From contig NC_012803.1 of assembly GCF_000023205.1 (NCBI RefSeq), positions 2,460,001 through 2,492,000 of the forward strand: a stretch of DNA of 32,000 bases, in the 5' to 3' direction. Positions 24,541 through 32,000 of this stretch are shown here, piece by piece. Position 1 is the stretch's first letter, and each line of letters begins with the position of its first letter. Made by a program: the position numbers and the translations under genes. Source of the DNA: Micrococcus luteus NCTC 2665. GTDB lineage: Bacteria; Actinomycetota; Actinomycetes; Actinomycetales; Micrococcaceae. Below the pieces are notes generated by a model that made no database searches, was not told the DNA's origin, and saw only the letters and a list, made by a program, of their open reading frames with translations.

Positions 24541-24683
24541 AGCGGTCGATCATCCCATCCGGACCTGGATGGGCCAAAGCCTCCGGCTATCCCCACCCGC
24601 CCCACCGCGTTGGGGGCGGTTTCCGGCGGTATTCCGCTCCCAAAGCACCGGTTTCCGCCCCGGAAGCGGGGGGCGGGCGCCGG

Positions 24684-24983
24684 TCAGTGGTTCCGCAGCG
24701 CCTCGATGAGCTCGTCCTTGGTCATGGTGGAGCGGCCCTCGATGTCGAGCTCGCGGGCCCGCTTCTCGAGCTCGTCCTTGGTCCAGTCCTCGTAGGAGCC
24801 GGCCTCGCCGCCGCGCTCGGCGACCTCGTCCCGGCCGTCCCGGGCGGACGCGTTGGCGATCCGCGCGGCCTTCTCCTCGCTCGCGCCCTCGCGGCGCAGC
24901 GCCTCGTAGACCTCGGGGTCCTTGATGCTGGACGTGCCGGGGCCCATGGGGGCACCGTTCTTCTCGGTCTTCTTCTCAGCCAT
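24684..24983 (-). CDS. small Rho_N (SAP-like) domain-containing protein
   Basis: 99 aa. The C-terminal WTKDELEKRARELDIEGRSTMTKDELIEALRNH is the Rho termination factor N-terminal-like motif. The N-terminal half (DPEVYEALRREGASEEKAARIANA) resembles the DUF7218-type small proteins. Confidence 0.7.
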   Translation of the reverse strand: MAEKKTEKNGAPMGPGTSSIKDPEVYEALRREGASEEKAARIANASARDGRDEVAERGGEAGSYEDWTKDELEKRARELDIEGRSTMTKDELIEALRNH

Positions 24984-25035
24984 GCGGCCAGTGTGGTCCC
25001 GGCCCGACGACGGGTGGAAGGCCCGCCGCGCCGCC

Positions 25036-26487
25036 TCAGCCCTGCTGGGCCTCCGGCTGCTCGGCCCACCAGCGCCGCAGCTCCGCCTCGGCCTCGGCCT
25101 GCTCGTGCGGGCCCTCGTCGAGACGCCACTCGAGCAGGTGGCTGTACGCCCGCCCCACCACCGGGCCCGGGCGGATCCCCAGCAGCGCCATGATCTGCTG
25201 CCCGTCCAGATCCGGCCGCACGGCGGCGAGCTCCTCGGCCTCGGCGATCTCGGCGATGCGCCGCTCGAGGTCGTCGTACGCGTGGGCCAGCCGCTCGGCC
25301 TTGCGCCGGTTGCGGGTGGTCACGTCCGAGCGGGTCAGCGCGTGCAGGCGGGGCAGCAGGTCGCCGGCGTCGTGGGCGTACCGGCGGACGGCGGAGTCGG
25401 TCCAGCCGGCGTCGCCGTAGCCGTAGAACCGCATGTGCAGCTCCACGAGGCGGGCCACCGCCTTGATGGTGTCGTTGTCGAACTTCAGGGCGCGCAGCCG
25501 CTTGCGGACGAGCTTGGCGCCCACGGTCTCGTGGTGCCGGAAGGTGACGGCCCCGCCCTTCTCGAAGCGGCGCGTGGCCGGCTTGCCGACGTCGTGCAGC
25601 AGCGCCGCCAGGCGCAGCACGGGGTCGGGGGTCGACGGCGCGTACTCGCCCTCCAGCTCCATGGCCTGCTCCAGCACGGTCAGGGAGTGGGCGTAGACGT
25701 CCTTGTGGCGGTGGTGCTCGTCCGACTCGAGCTGCAGGGCGGGCAGCTCGGGCAGGATGTGGTCGGCCAGGCCGGTGCGCACGAGCAGGTCGAGGCCGGC
25801 GCGCGGGTGCGCACCGCACACGAGCTTGACGAGCTCCTCGCGGACGCGTTCGGCGGAGATGATCGTGATCCGCTCGGCCATCGCGGTCATGGCCTGCTCC
25901 ACCTCGGGGGCCACGGCGAAGCCGAGCTGGGAGGCGAAGCGGGCGGCGCGCATCATGCGCAGCGGGTCGTCGGAGAAGGAGTCCTCAGGGGTGCCGGGGG
26001 TGCGCAGCACGCCGGCGTGCAGGTCCCGCATGCCGCCGAAGGGGTCCACGAGCTCGAGGGCGGGCAGGCGCAGGGCCATGGCGTTGACGGTGAAGTCGCG
26101 GCGCAGCAGGTCGTCCTCGAGGCTGTCGCCGAAGGCCACCTGCGGCTTGCGGCTGGCCGGGTCGTACTGCTCGGCCCGGTAGGTGGTGACCTCGAGCTGC
26201 CAGCCGGCCTTGCGGAAGCCGATGGTCCCGAACCGCCGCCCCACGTCCCACGTGGCGTCCGCCCAGCCGGCGCCGACGGCCTCGGACGCGTCCGGGTCGG
26301 CGTCCGTGGTGAAGTCCAGGTCCGGCGACGGCCGTCCCAGGAAGAGGTCGCGGACCGGGCCGCCCACCAGGGAGAGCTCGTGGCCGGCGGCCTCGAACCT
26401 CCGCCCCAGCTCCACGACGACGGCGGGCAGGGTGGCGTCCGCGGGGAAGCCGGGGGGCAGCGCGTGGGTGGCGGTGGTCAGATCCAT
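25036..26487 (-). CDS. cca: CCA-adding enzyme / tRNA nucleotidyltransferase with an HD domain
   Basis: AGHELSLVGGPVRDLFLGRPSPDLDFTT (polymerase beta-type head), RRDFTVNAMAL and LLHDVGKP (HD motif). The start is ATG at 26487, or at 26520 in the same frame. Confidence 0.9.
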   Translation of the reverse strand: MDLTTATHALPPGFPADATLPAVVVELGRRFEAAGHELSLVGGPVRDLFLGRPSPDLDFTTDADPDASEAVGAGWADATWDVGRRFGTIGFRKAGWQLEVTTYRAEQYDPASRKPQVAFGDSLEDDLLRRDFTVNAMALRLPALELVDPFGGMRDLHAGVLRTPGTPEDSFSDDPLRMMRAARFASQLGFAVAPEVEQAMTAMAERITIISAERVREELVKLVCGAHPRAGLDLLVRTGLADHILPELPALQLESDEHHRHKDVYAHSLTVLEQAMELEGEYAPSTPDPVLRLAALLHDVGKPATRRFEKGGAVTFRHHETVGAKLVRKRLRALKFDNDTIKAVARLVELHMRFYGYGDAGWTDSAVRRYAHDAGDLLPRLHALTRSDVTTRNRRKAERLAHAYDDLERRIAEIAEAEELAAVRPDLDGQQIMALLGIRPGPVVGRAYSHLLEWRLDEGPHEQAEAEAELRRWWAEQPEAQQG

Positions 26488-26552
26488 GATGCCTACAAGG
26501 GTGCCAGACGGTCCCGGCACGGGCCCGCGCGGGCCGGGCTAGAGTTGACGGC

Positions 26553-27164
26553 ATGACCCGCCCCGATCCCTCCGCGCACCGGGGCGCCCCCCTGCCCTCC
26601 GCGCTGGGGGCGTGGCGTCGCCGGCCGCAGCCGCCTCTGCGCCCCGTCACCTCGGCCCCCGCGGGACCCCGTTCCGCCGCAGCCGCCTCCCTGCCCACGG
26701 TGGAGGAGGTCTCCGCCGGCGGCGTCATCGTCCGCGAGCATGACGGCGGCCTCGAGGTGGCCGTGATCGCCCGCTACAACCGCGGTGGCCGGCTCGAGTG
26801 GTGCCTGCCCAAGGGCCATCCCGAGGGCGAGGAGGACCACCGGCAGGCGGCCGTGCGCGAGGTGGAGGAGGAGACCGGGATCGCCGGCCACATCCTCGAG
26901 CCGCTCGGCGCGATCGACTACTGGTTCACAGTCGCCCGGCACCGCGTCCACAAGACCGTGCACCACTTCCTGCTGCGCGCCACGGGCGGCGAGCTGACCA
27001 CGGAGAACGACCCGGACCACGAGGCCGTGGACGTCGCATGGGTGCGCCTCGAGGACGTCGCGCGCCGCCTCTCCTTCGCCAACGAGCGCCGGATCGTCGA
27101 CCTGGCCCGCCAGGTGGTCGACCAGCACTTCCCCCCGGGCGGTGCCCGGGGCCCCCGCCCCTGA
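26553..27164 (+). CDS. Nudix hydrolase (MutT4-like position)
   Basis: The Nudix box is GHPEGEEDHRQAAVREVEEETGI. It is divergent from cca, as in mycobacterial Rv3907c/Rv3908. The N-terminal ~50 aa are Pro/Ala-rich, so the true start may be further downstream. Confidence 0.85.
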   Translation: MTRPDPSAHRGAPLPSALGAWRRRPQPPLRPVTSAPAGPRSAAAASLPTVEEVSAGGVIVREHDGGLEVAVIARYNRGGRLEWCLPKGHPEGEEDHRQAAVREVEEETGIAGHILEPLGAIDYWFTVARHRVHKTVHHFLLRATGGELTTENDPDHEAVDVAWVRLEDVARRLSFANERRIVDLARQVVDQHFPPGGARGPRP

Positions 27165-27210
27165 TCCACCGCCCCCGGCACGGGGCCTTCCGACCACGAT
27201 TGGGTGACCC

Positions 27211-29055
27211 TTGAGCAGCAGACCCGCCCCGCGCCGAGCGCAGGACCCCGCCCACGCCGGCGTCGCCGACGAGGAGCCGACGACGACGGACCCCGCCCCC
27301 GCCACGGATCCGGCCGCCGTGGACCCCGCGGACGAGACCCCCGAGGGCGAGCGCCGCGCCGGCCGGTCCACCGCGATCATGGCCTCCGGCACGCTCCTCT
27401 CCCGCGTGCTGGGCCTCGTCCGTGCGACGCTGGTGACGGTGGCGATCGGCCTGTCCGCGGACATGGCCGACATCTTCGAGATCGCCAACTCCCTGCCGAA
27501 CGTGATCTACCTGCTCCTGGTGGGCGGCGTGTTCAACGTCGTGCTCGTGCCGCAGCTGATCAAGCACGCCCGCGACGCCGACCGGGGCGCGGACTACACC
27601 TCCCGCCTGATGACGCTCGGCACGCTCGTGATGCTCGCCGGCACGGTGGTGGTCATGCTGGCGGCAGCCCCGCTCATGACGGCCCTGACCCGCGGCTGGT
27701 CGCCGGAGAAGCTCGAGATGGCCACCGTGTTCGCCCTGTGGTGTCTGCCCCAGGTGTTCTTCTACGGCATGTACGCGCTGGTGGGGCAGGTGCTCAACGC
27801 CAACGGACGCTTCGGCGCCTACATGTGGGCGCCGGTGCTGAACAACGTCGTCGCGATCGGCGCGATCGTGCTGTACCTGGGCATGTTCGGGGCGTACCGG
27901 GCCGGGGACGACCTCGCTGGGTGGACGAGCGCACAGACGGTCGTGCTGGCCGGCGGCCACACCCTGGGCGTCGTGCTGCAGGCCGTGATCCTCTTCCTGC
28001 CGCTGCGCGGGCTCGGCCTGGGTCTGCGCCCGCGGTTCGGCTGGAAGGGCATCGGCCTGCGGGACACCGGCCGGATCGCCGGGTACACCCTGATCACGAT
28101 GGTCGCCACGAACGTGGTGCTCCTGCTGTGCCAGCGGTACGTCACCTCCGCCACGGAGGCCCGCGACCGCGGCGAGCTGCGCATCCCCGGCACGGAGACC
28201 TGGAGCGCCGAGATGGCGCAGGCGGCCATCCCCGGTGTGGCCGCGTACAACATGGCGATGCTGATGGCCGTGCTGCCCCATTCGGTGTTCGTGCTCTCCC
28301 TGGCCACCGTGCTCTTCAACCGGCTGGCCCGCGCCATGGGCCGCCAGGACATGTCCGCGGTGCGGCGCACGACGGCGCAGGGTCTGCGCGCGTTCACCGT
28401 GCCGCTGATGTTCTGCCTCGCCGGCGTGGTGGTCCTGGCGGGCCCCCTGGGCCGCGTCTTCGGCTCGACGGCCGAGACGGCGATGGTGGCCGGCGTCGCG
28501 GTGGGCTCGGTCCTGCTCGCGCTGGCGCTGTCCATCCCGTTCCGCTCGGGCTCCTTCTACCTGCTGCGCGTGTTCTACGCCGCCGAGGACGCCAAGGTGC
28601 CGATGGTGGTCCAGGTCAGCGGCTCGCTCCTGATGCTGCTGCTCTCGTGGGCGGGCGCGATGCTGCTGCCGCTGTGGTCCATGGCCCTGTGGGTCGCGGT
28701 CGCCTCGTCCGTCTCGTACGTGTACCAGTTCGTCCTGACCCATGTGCTCACCGTGCGCCGGTTCGGGGACTACGGCCTCGCATCCGTGCTGCGTGCCCAC
28801 GTCCAGACCGGCCTGGCCGCGCTGGCCGCGGCGGCCGCGGGCGTCGTCGTCGTGTGGCTGCTGGGCGGGTACACCGGCGGGTTCGCGTGGAACTCCATCG
28901 GGACGGCGCTGCTCACGTGCGCGGTGGCGGCCGTGGCGATGGGTCCGGTGTACCTGATGGTGCTGCGGGCCATGCGGTTCCCCGAGCTGGACGACGCCCT
29001 CCGGCCGCTCGTCGCCCGCGTGCCGGCGCTGGGTCGTCTGCTGCGCGTCGGCTGA
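27211..29055 (+). CDS. murJ: lipid II flippase MurJ (MviN)
   Basis: MASGTLLSRVLGLVRATLVTVAIG, NSLPNVIYLLLVGGVFNVVLVPQL and about 14 TM helices. The start is uncertain: TTG at 27211 gives a 55-aa acidic, Pro-rich leader. Confidence 0.9.
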   Translation: MSSRPAPRRAQDPAHAGVADEEPTTTDPAPATDPAAVDPADETPEGERRAGRSTAIMASGTLLSRVLGLVRATLVTVAIGLSADMADIFEIANSLPNVIYLLLVGGVFNVVLVPQLIKHARDADRGADYTSRLMTLGTLVMLAGTVVVMLAAAPLMTALTRGWSPEKLEMATVFALWCLPQVFFYGMYALVGQVLNANGRFGAYMWAPVLNNVVAIGAIVLYLGMFGAYRAGDDLAGWTSAQTVVLAGGHTLGVVLQAVILFLPLRGLGLGLRPRFGWKGIGLRDTGRIAGYTLITMVATNVVLLLCQRYVTSATEARDRGELRIPGTETWSAEMAQAAIPGVAAYNMAMLMAVLPHSVFVLSLATVLFNRLARAMGRQDMSAVRRTTAQGLRAFTVPLMFCLAGVVVLAGPLGRVFGSTAETAMVAGVAVGSVLLALALSIPFRSGSFYLLRVFYAAEDAKVPMVVQVSGSLLMLLLSWAGAMLLPLWSMALWVAVASSVSYVYQFVLTHVLTVRRFGDYGLASVLRAHVQTGLAALAAAAAGVVVVWLLGGYTGGFAWNSIGTALLTCAVAAVAMGPVYLMVLRAMRFPELDDALRPLVARVPALGRLLRVG

Positions 29056-29120
29056 TCTCTGGCCGCGACGGCCACGCCACGTATCATCGGATTCCGACCC
29101 CGTCGTCAGGAGAAGAGCCC

Positions 29121-31166
29121 GTGCCCCAGCCCATCGCCGTCGGCGCCGTCCTGGGCGGCCGCTATCGCATCACCCAGCACGTGGTGACGTCCGCGGACCA
29201 GGACATGGTGTTCCTGGGCACGGACCAGGTGCTCAACCGCCGCGTCACCGTGCTCGTGGCCTCACGTGAGAACGCCACGCAGGTGGCCTCGTCCGCGCGG
29301 GAGCTGGCCACGGGCGAGCGCACCGACGACGTGCAGGTGCTCGACCTGGGGCTGTCCGAGGGCCGCACGTACCTGATCGCCGGCGGGGACCCCGACCCGG
29401 ACGTCCTGCTGGGTCTGGCGTACCCGCAGGAGCTGTACGTGGAGCCGTTCCAGACGGACAGCCTCGGCTCCGAGCTGTTCGGCGAGTCGCGGACCGGAGA
29501 CCCCCACGCCTACGACGACGACGAGGCGTACTACACCGACCTCGACCGCCGGCTCCGCGCGGACGAGGACGAGGCCCAGCGTCGTCCCGGGTTCCTGAAC
29601 CGCCTCTCCGAGCGCCTCGCCGAGCGGGTCCGTCCCTCCGACGGCACCGCGGCGAAGGCGGCCGCCGGGGCGTCGGCCCTGGCCGCGGCGGACGCCGCCA
29701 CCCGGAAGCAGCAGGAGGAGCGCGAGCGGGCGGAGCGGGAGGCCGCCGAGCGCGCAGAACGCGAGCGCAAGGAGGCCGAGGAGAAGGCCCGCGCCGAACG
29801 GGAGGCCGCCGAGCGGGTCGAGCGGGAGCGCAAGGAAGCCGCCGAACGCGCAGAACGCGAACGTCGGGAGGCGGAGGAGCGTGCCGAGGAGGAGCGCCGC
29901 GCCGAGGCCGAGCGCGCGCGTCGCCAGGCGGAGCAGGAGGCGGAGGAGCGGGCCGCGCGCGAGCGGGAGGCCGAGCAGGCCCGGCTGGCCGCGGAGCGGG
30001 AGGAGGCCGAGCGCCGCGAGCTCGAGCGCCGGGCCGAGGCCCGCCGTCGTGCCGAGGAGGAGCGGGCCCGGGAGGCCGCGGAGCGCGAGGCTGAGAAGCG
30101 CGCAGCCCAGGAACGCGAGGCCGCGGAGCGCGAGGCTGAGAAGCGCGAGGCCCAGGCGGGCACCGCCGCGCTTCCGGCCGTGGCGGCCGAGAAGACCGAC
30201 GCACCGGAGCCGGCCGCCCCGGACACCGAGGCTATCCCCGTGCGTCGCCAGCGTCCCGTCCCGCGCCGCGTGCTGGAGACCGAGTCCGCGCCGGCGGTCG
30301 ACGAGAAGTCCCGCGGCACGGCGGCGCCGGTGGCCGCCGGTGCCGCGGCCATGCGCGCTGCGGATGCCGCGACCGCGGGGTCGACGGCCGCCGCCGCGGC
30401 TCCGGACGCATCGACCGCCGCGTCCGCCCCGCCGGCCGGGGGCGGCGAGGGCGCCACGGTGGCCGATCCAGGCGATGGGGACAGCCGGAAGAGCGGCGGC
30501 CCGCTGGCCCTGCTCCTCGTGCTCGGCCTGCTCGCCGCACTCGTCGTGGGCGGGGTGCTGCTGGCCCAGAACCTGCGCGGCGGGCCGGCCCCGCAGGCCG
30601 CGGCCGCGTCGTCCGAGTCTGCGTCGTCCGGGTCCGCATCGGACACCCCGTCGCCGTCGGAGAGCACCAGCCCCTCCCCCACCCCGACCAGCGAGAGCGC
30701 CGCGGCCGCCCCGCAGCCCGTCCAGGCCCTGCGCTCGGTGCCGGACCTGCCGGAGCACGAGGCCGAGCACGACGCGGACCTGCCCAACCTCATCGACGGC
30801 GACCCCACCACCGTGTGGCGCACCTTCGCCTACGCACGGCCGAACTTCGGCGGCTATGTGGAGAGCATGAACCTCGTGGTCCAGCTTGAGGACCGCACCG
30901 AGGTGAACGAGGTGACCCTGCAGAGCACGGGGGCCACCGGTGGCGCCTGGTTCGCCTACATCGCCGACTCCCCCGAGGGCGCGAACGCCCAGGAGATCGG
31001 CAACGGCACCTTCGACCAGGACACCGTCTCCATCCCCGTGCCGTTCGAGGGCACCGAGGCCGAGGCCGAGTACGTGATCGTCAGCCTCACCTCGCTGCCC
31101 CAGCTGGAGGGCACGACGTCGGACCTCCCGTTCGGCCTGCGCCTCGGCGAGATCGCCGTCCGCTGA
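29121..31166 (+). CDS. MviN-associated pseudokinase-like protein: degenerate kinase N-lobe, E/R/A-rich helix, one TM helix, S/T/P linker and an extracellular discoidin/CBM-like domain
   Basis: - GTG at 29121 follows CAGGAGAAG.
- LGGRYRITQHV...NRRVTVLV mimics the kinase Gly-loop/VAIK region, but the Lys is replaced. I recognise no HRD or DFG motif.
- The TM helix is PLALLLVLGLLAALVVGGVLLA.
- The C-terminal NLIDGDPTTVWRT...GLRLGEIAV is typical of galactose-binding-like domains.
- The track shows it fused to a murJ out-of-frame read (27204..31166). Confidence 0.8.
   Translation: MPQPIAVGAVLGGRYRITQHVVTSADQDMVFLGTDQVLNRRVTVLVASRENATQVASSARELATGERTDDVQVLDLGLSEGRTYLIAGGDPDPDVLLGLAYPQELYVEPFQTDSLGSELFGESRTGDPHAYDDDEAYYTDLDRRLRADEDEAQRRPGFLNRLSERLAERVRPSDGTAAKAAAGASALAAADAATRKQQEERERAEREAAERAERERKEAEEKARAEREAAERVERERKEAAERAERERREAEERAEEERRAEAERARRQAEQEAEERAAREREAEQARLAAEREEAERRELERRAEARRRAEEERAREAAEREAEKRAAQEREAAEREAEKREAQAGTAALPAVAAEKTDAPEPAAPDTEAIPVRRQRPVPRRVLETESAPAVDEKSRGTAAPVAAGAAAMRAADAATAGSTAAAAAPDASTAASAPPAGGGEGATVADPGDGDSRKSGGPLALLLVLGLLAALVVGGVLLAQNLRGGPAPQAAAASSESASSGSASDTPSPSESTSPSPTPTSESAAAAPQPVQALRSVPDLPEHEAEHDADLPNLIDGDPTTVWRTFAYARPNFGGYVESMNLVVQLEDRTEVNEVTLQSTGATGGAWFAYIADSPEGANAQEIGNGTFDQDTVSIPVPFEGTEAEAEYVIVSLTSLPQLEGTTSDLPFGLRLGEIAVR
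29703..30158 (+). repeat. coding low-complexity / imperfect tandem repeats (E/R/A/K-rich)
   Basis: About 150 codons consist almost only of E, R, A, K and Q. At DNA level there is a perfect 31-nt direct repeat at 30072..30102 and 30117..30147 (45-bp period). A 17-nt repeat cgggaggccgccgagcg occurs at 29736..29752 and 29799..29815 (63-bp period). Confidence 0.8.
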
Positions 31167-31176
31167 CCCCGCGCCC

Positions 31177-31212
31177 AGGCGACGGCGCGCCGGACCTTCC
31201 GGCCGCCGTCGC
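31177..31212 (+). terminator. hairpin after the pseudokinase-like gene
   Basis: ggcgacggcg (31177..31186) pairs with cgccgtcgcc (31203..31212). Inner gccgga/tccggc pairing extends the stem, with a 3-nt loop and one bulged base. It lies 11 nt after the stop at 31166. Confidence 0.5.
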
Positions 31213-31313
31213 CGGACGACGCTGCACCGCGGCCCGACACCGCGGAATACCCGCCCGTGGCTCCGCCGTTGTCCTGGAGGAGCGTCCACCACCCCGATCC
31301 ACTGGAGGAACCC

Positions 31314-32000
31314 GTGGCCCCCACCGCCCAGGACCAGAGCGTCCACAACGTCGTGATCGTCGGATCCGGCCCCGCCGGATACACCGCGGCGATCTACACC
31401 GCCCGCGCCGACCTCTCCCCCGTCCTCGTGGCCGGGGCGGTGACCGCGGGCGGCGAGCTGATGAACACCACCGAGGTGGAGAACTTCCCGGGCTTCCCGG
31501 AGGGTGTGCAGGGGCCCGAGCTGATGGCGAACCTCGAGGCCCAGGCCCGCCGGTTCAACACGGAGGTGGTCTACGACGACGTCGTGCAGGCCGACCTGAC
31601 GTCGAACCCCAAGGTGCTCACGCTCGGCGACGGCACCCAGCTGCGCACCCACGCGGTCATCCTCACGACCGGCTCCGCCTACCGGAAGCTCGGCGTTCCC
31701 GGCGAGGAGCGCCTCTCCGGCCACGGCGTCAGCTGGTGCGCCACGTGCGACGGCTTCTTCTTCCGCGAGCAGGAGATCGCGGTCGTGGGCGGCGGCGACT
31801 CCGCCATGGAGGAGGCCCTGTTCCTCACGAAGTTCGCGTCCAAGGTGACCGTGCTGGTCCGCAAGGATGAGCTGCGCGCCTCCAAGGTGATGGCCCACCG
31901 CGCCATGGAGAACGAGAAGATCGAGTTCCGCTGGAACACCGAGGTCACGGAGGTGACCGGTGACGACAAGGTCAACACCCTCCGCCTGCGCGACACCCGC
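31314..32000 (+). CDS. trxB: thioredoxin-disulfide reductase (5' part, runs off the right edge)
   Basis: I translated this by hand because it is not in the ORF track. GTG at 31314 follows GGAGGA. It shows VVIVGSGPAGYTAAIYTARA (FAD site), GVSWCATCDGFFF (CATC redox centre) and VVGGGDSAMEEA (NADPH site). The frame stays open to the window end (229 codons). Confidence 0.93.
   Translation, partial: MAPTAQDQSVHNVVIVGSGPAGYTAAIYTARADLSPVLVAGAVTAGGELMNTTEVENFPGFPEGVQGPELMANLEAQARRFNTEVVYDDVVQADLTSNPKVLTLGDGTQLRTHAVILTTGSAYRKLGVPGEERLSGHGVSWCATCDGFFFREQEIAVVGGGDSAMEEALFLTKFASKVTVLVRKDELRASKVMAHRAMENEKIEFRWNTEVTEVTGDDKVNTLRLRDTR

Noticed and set aside
27204-29120. The first 639 codons of the 1320-aa ORF 27204..31166, suggesting a giant fusion protein.
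   Set aside because: This part is an alternative frame of murJ and is Arg/Pro/Gly-rich with no motifs. The real gene starts at GTG 29121, where there is an RBS and recognisable domains begin.
29703-30158. Regularly spaced DNA repeats that could be taken for a CRISPR array or a minisatellite.
   Set aside because: The repeats lie in frame inside a continuous ORF and encode the E/R/A-rich helix. The periods are 45 and 63 bp with no unique spacers. No cas genes are present.

Overview
This is a high-GC (about 70% by eye) actinobacterial chromosome segment. Its gene order looks like the origin-proximal region of Micrococcales-type genomes.

Conserved backbone, mostly on the minus strand up to about 26.5 kb and on the plus strand after that:
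- dnaB and the rpsF-ssb-rpsR-rplI operon
- an M18 aminopeptidase, an Rv0051-like GT87 membrane glycosyltransferase and ino1
- an OatA-like acyltransferase/SGNH gene that is split by a frameshift
- a small Rho_N-domain protein, the CCA-adding enzyme and a Nudix hydrolase
- murJ, a separate pseudokinase/TM/discoidin-like protein, and the 5' part of trxB

Accessory or decayed material interrupts this backbone:
1. Directly behind dnaB sits a markedly AT-richer single-gene cassette encoding an AIPR (abortive-infection-type) protein. It is bordered by an apparently intact IS5-family (IS427-group) element, and then by a stretch of dead genes (an MHS-type MFS transporter and an AllC-like M20 amidohydrolase remnant).
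2. About 8.5 kb lies between dnaB and rplI. It carries a CoA-transferase/glutaryl-CoA dehydrogenase pair, a rimK / retropepsin-like protease / AstE-AspA-type deacylase cluster, an MFS transporter and a lower-GC islet with a lone DUF3800 gene.
3. At the left edge is a DUF6308-like protein with a helix-hairpin-helix-like motif, divergent from a truncated unknown gene.

The most notable non-coding signal is a dense, helically phased cluster of DnaA boxes (three perfect TTGTCCACA plus about seven near matches) in the 680-bp dnaB upstream region. I saw no tRNA, rRNA or CRISPR array. Most of the very long ORFs in the supplied track are antisense shadow ORFs typical of high-GC DNA.
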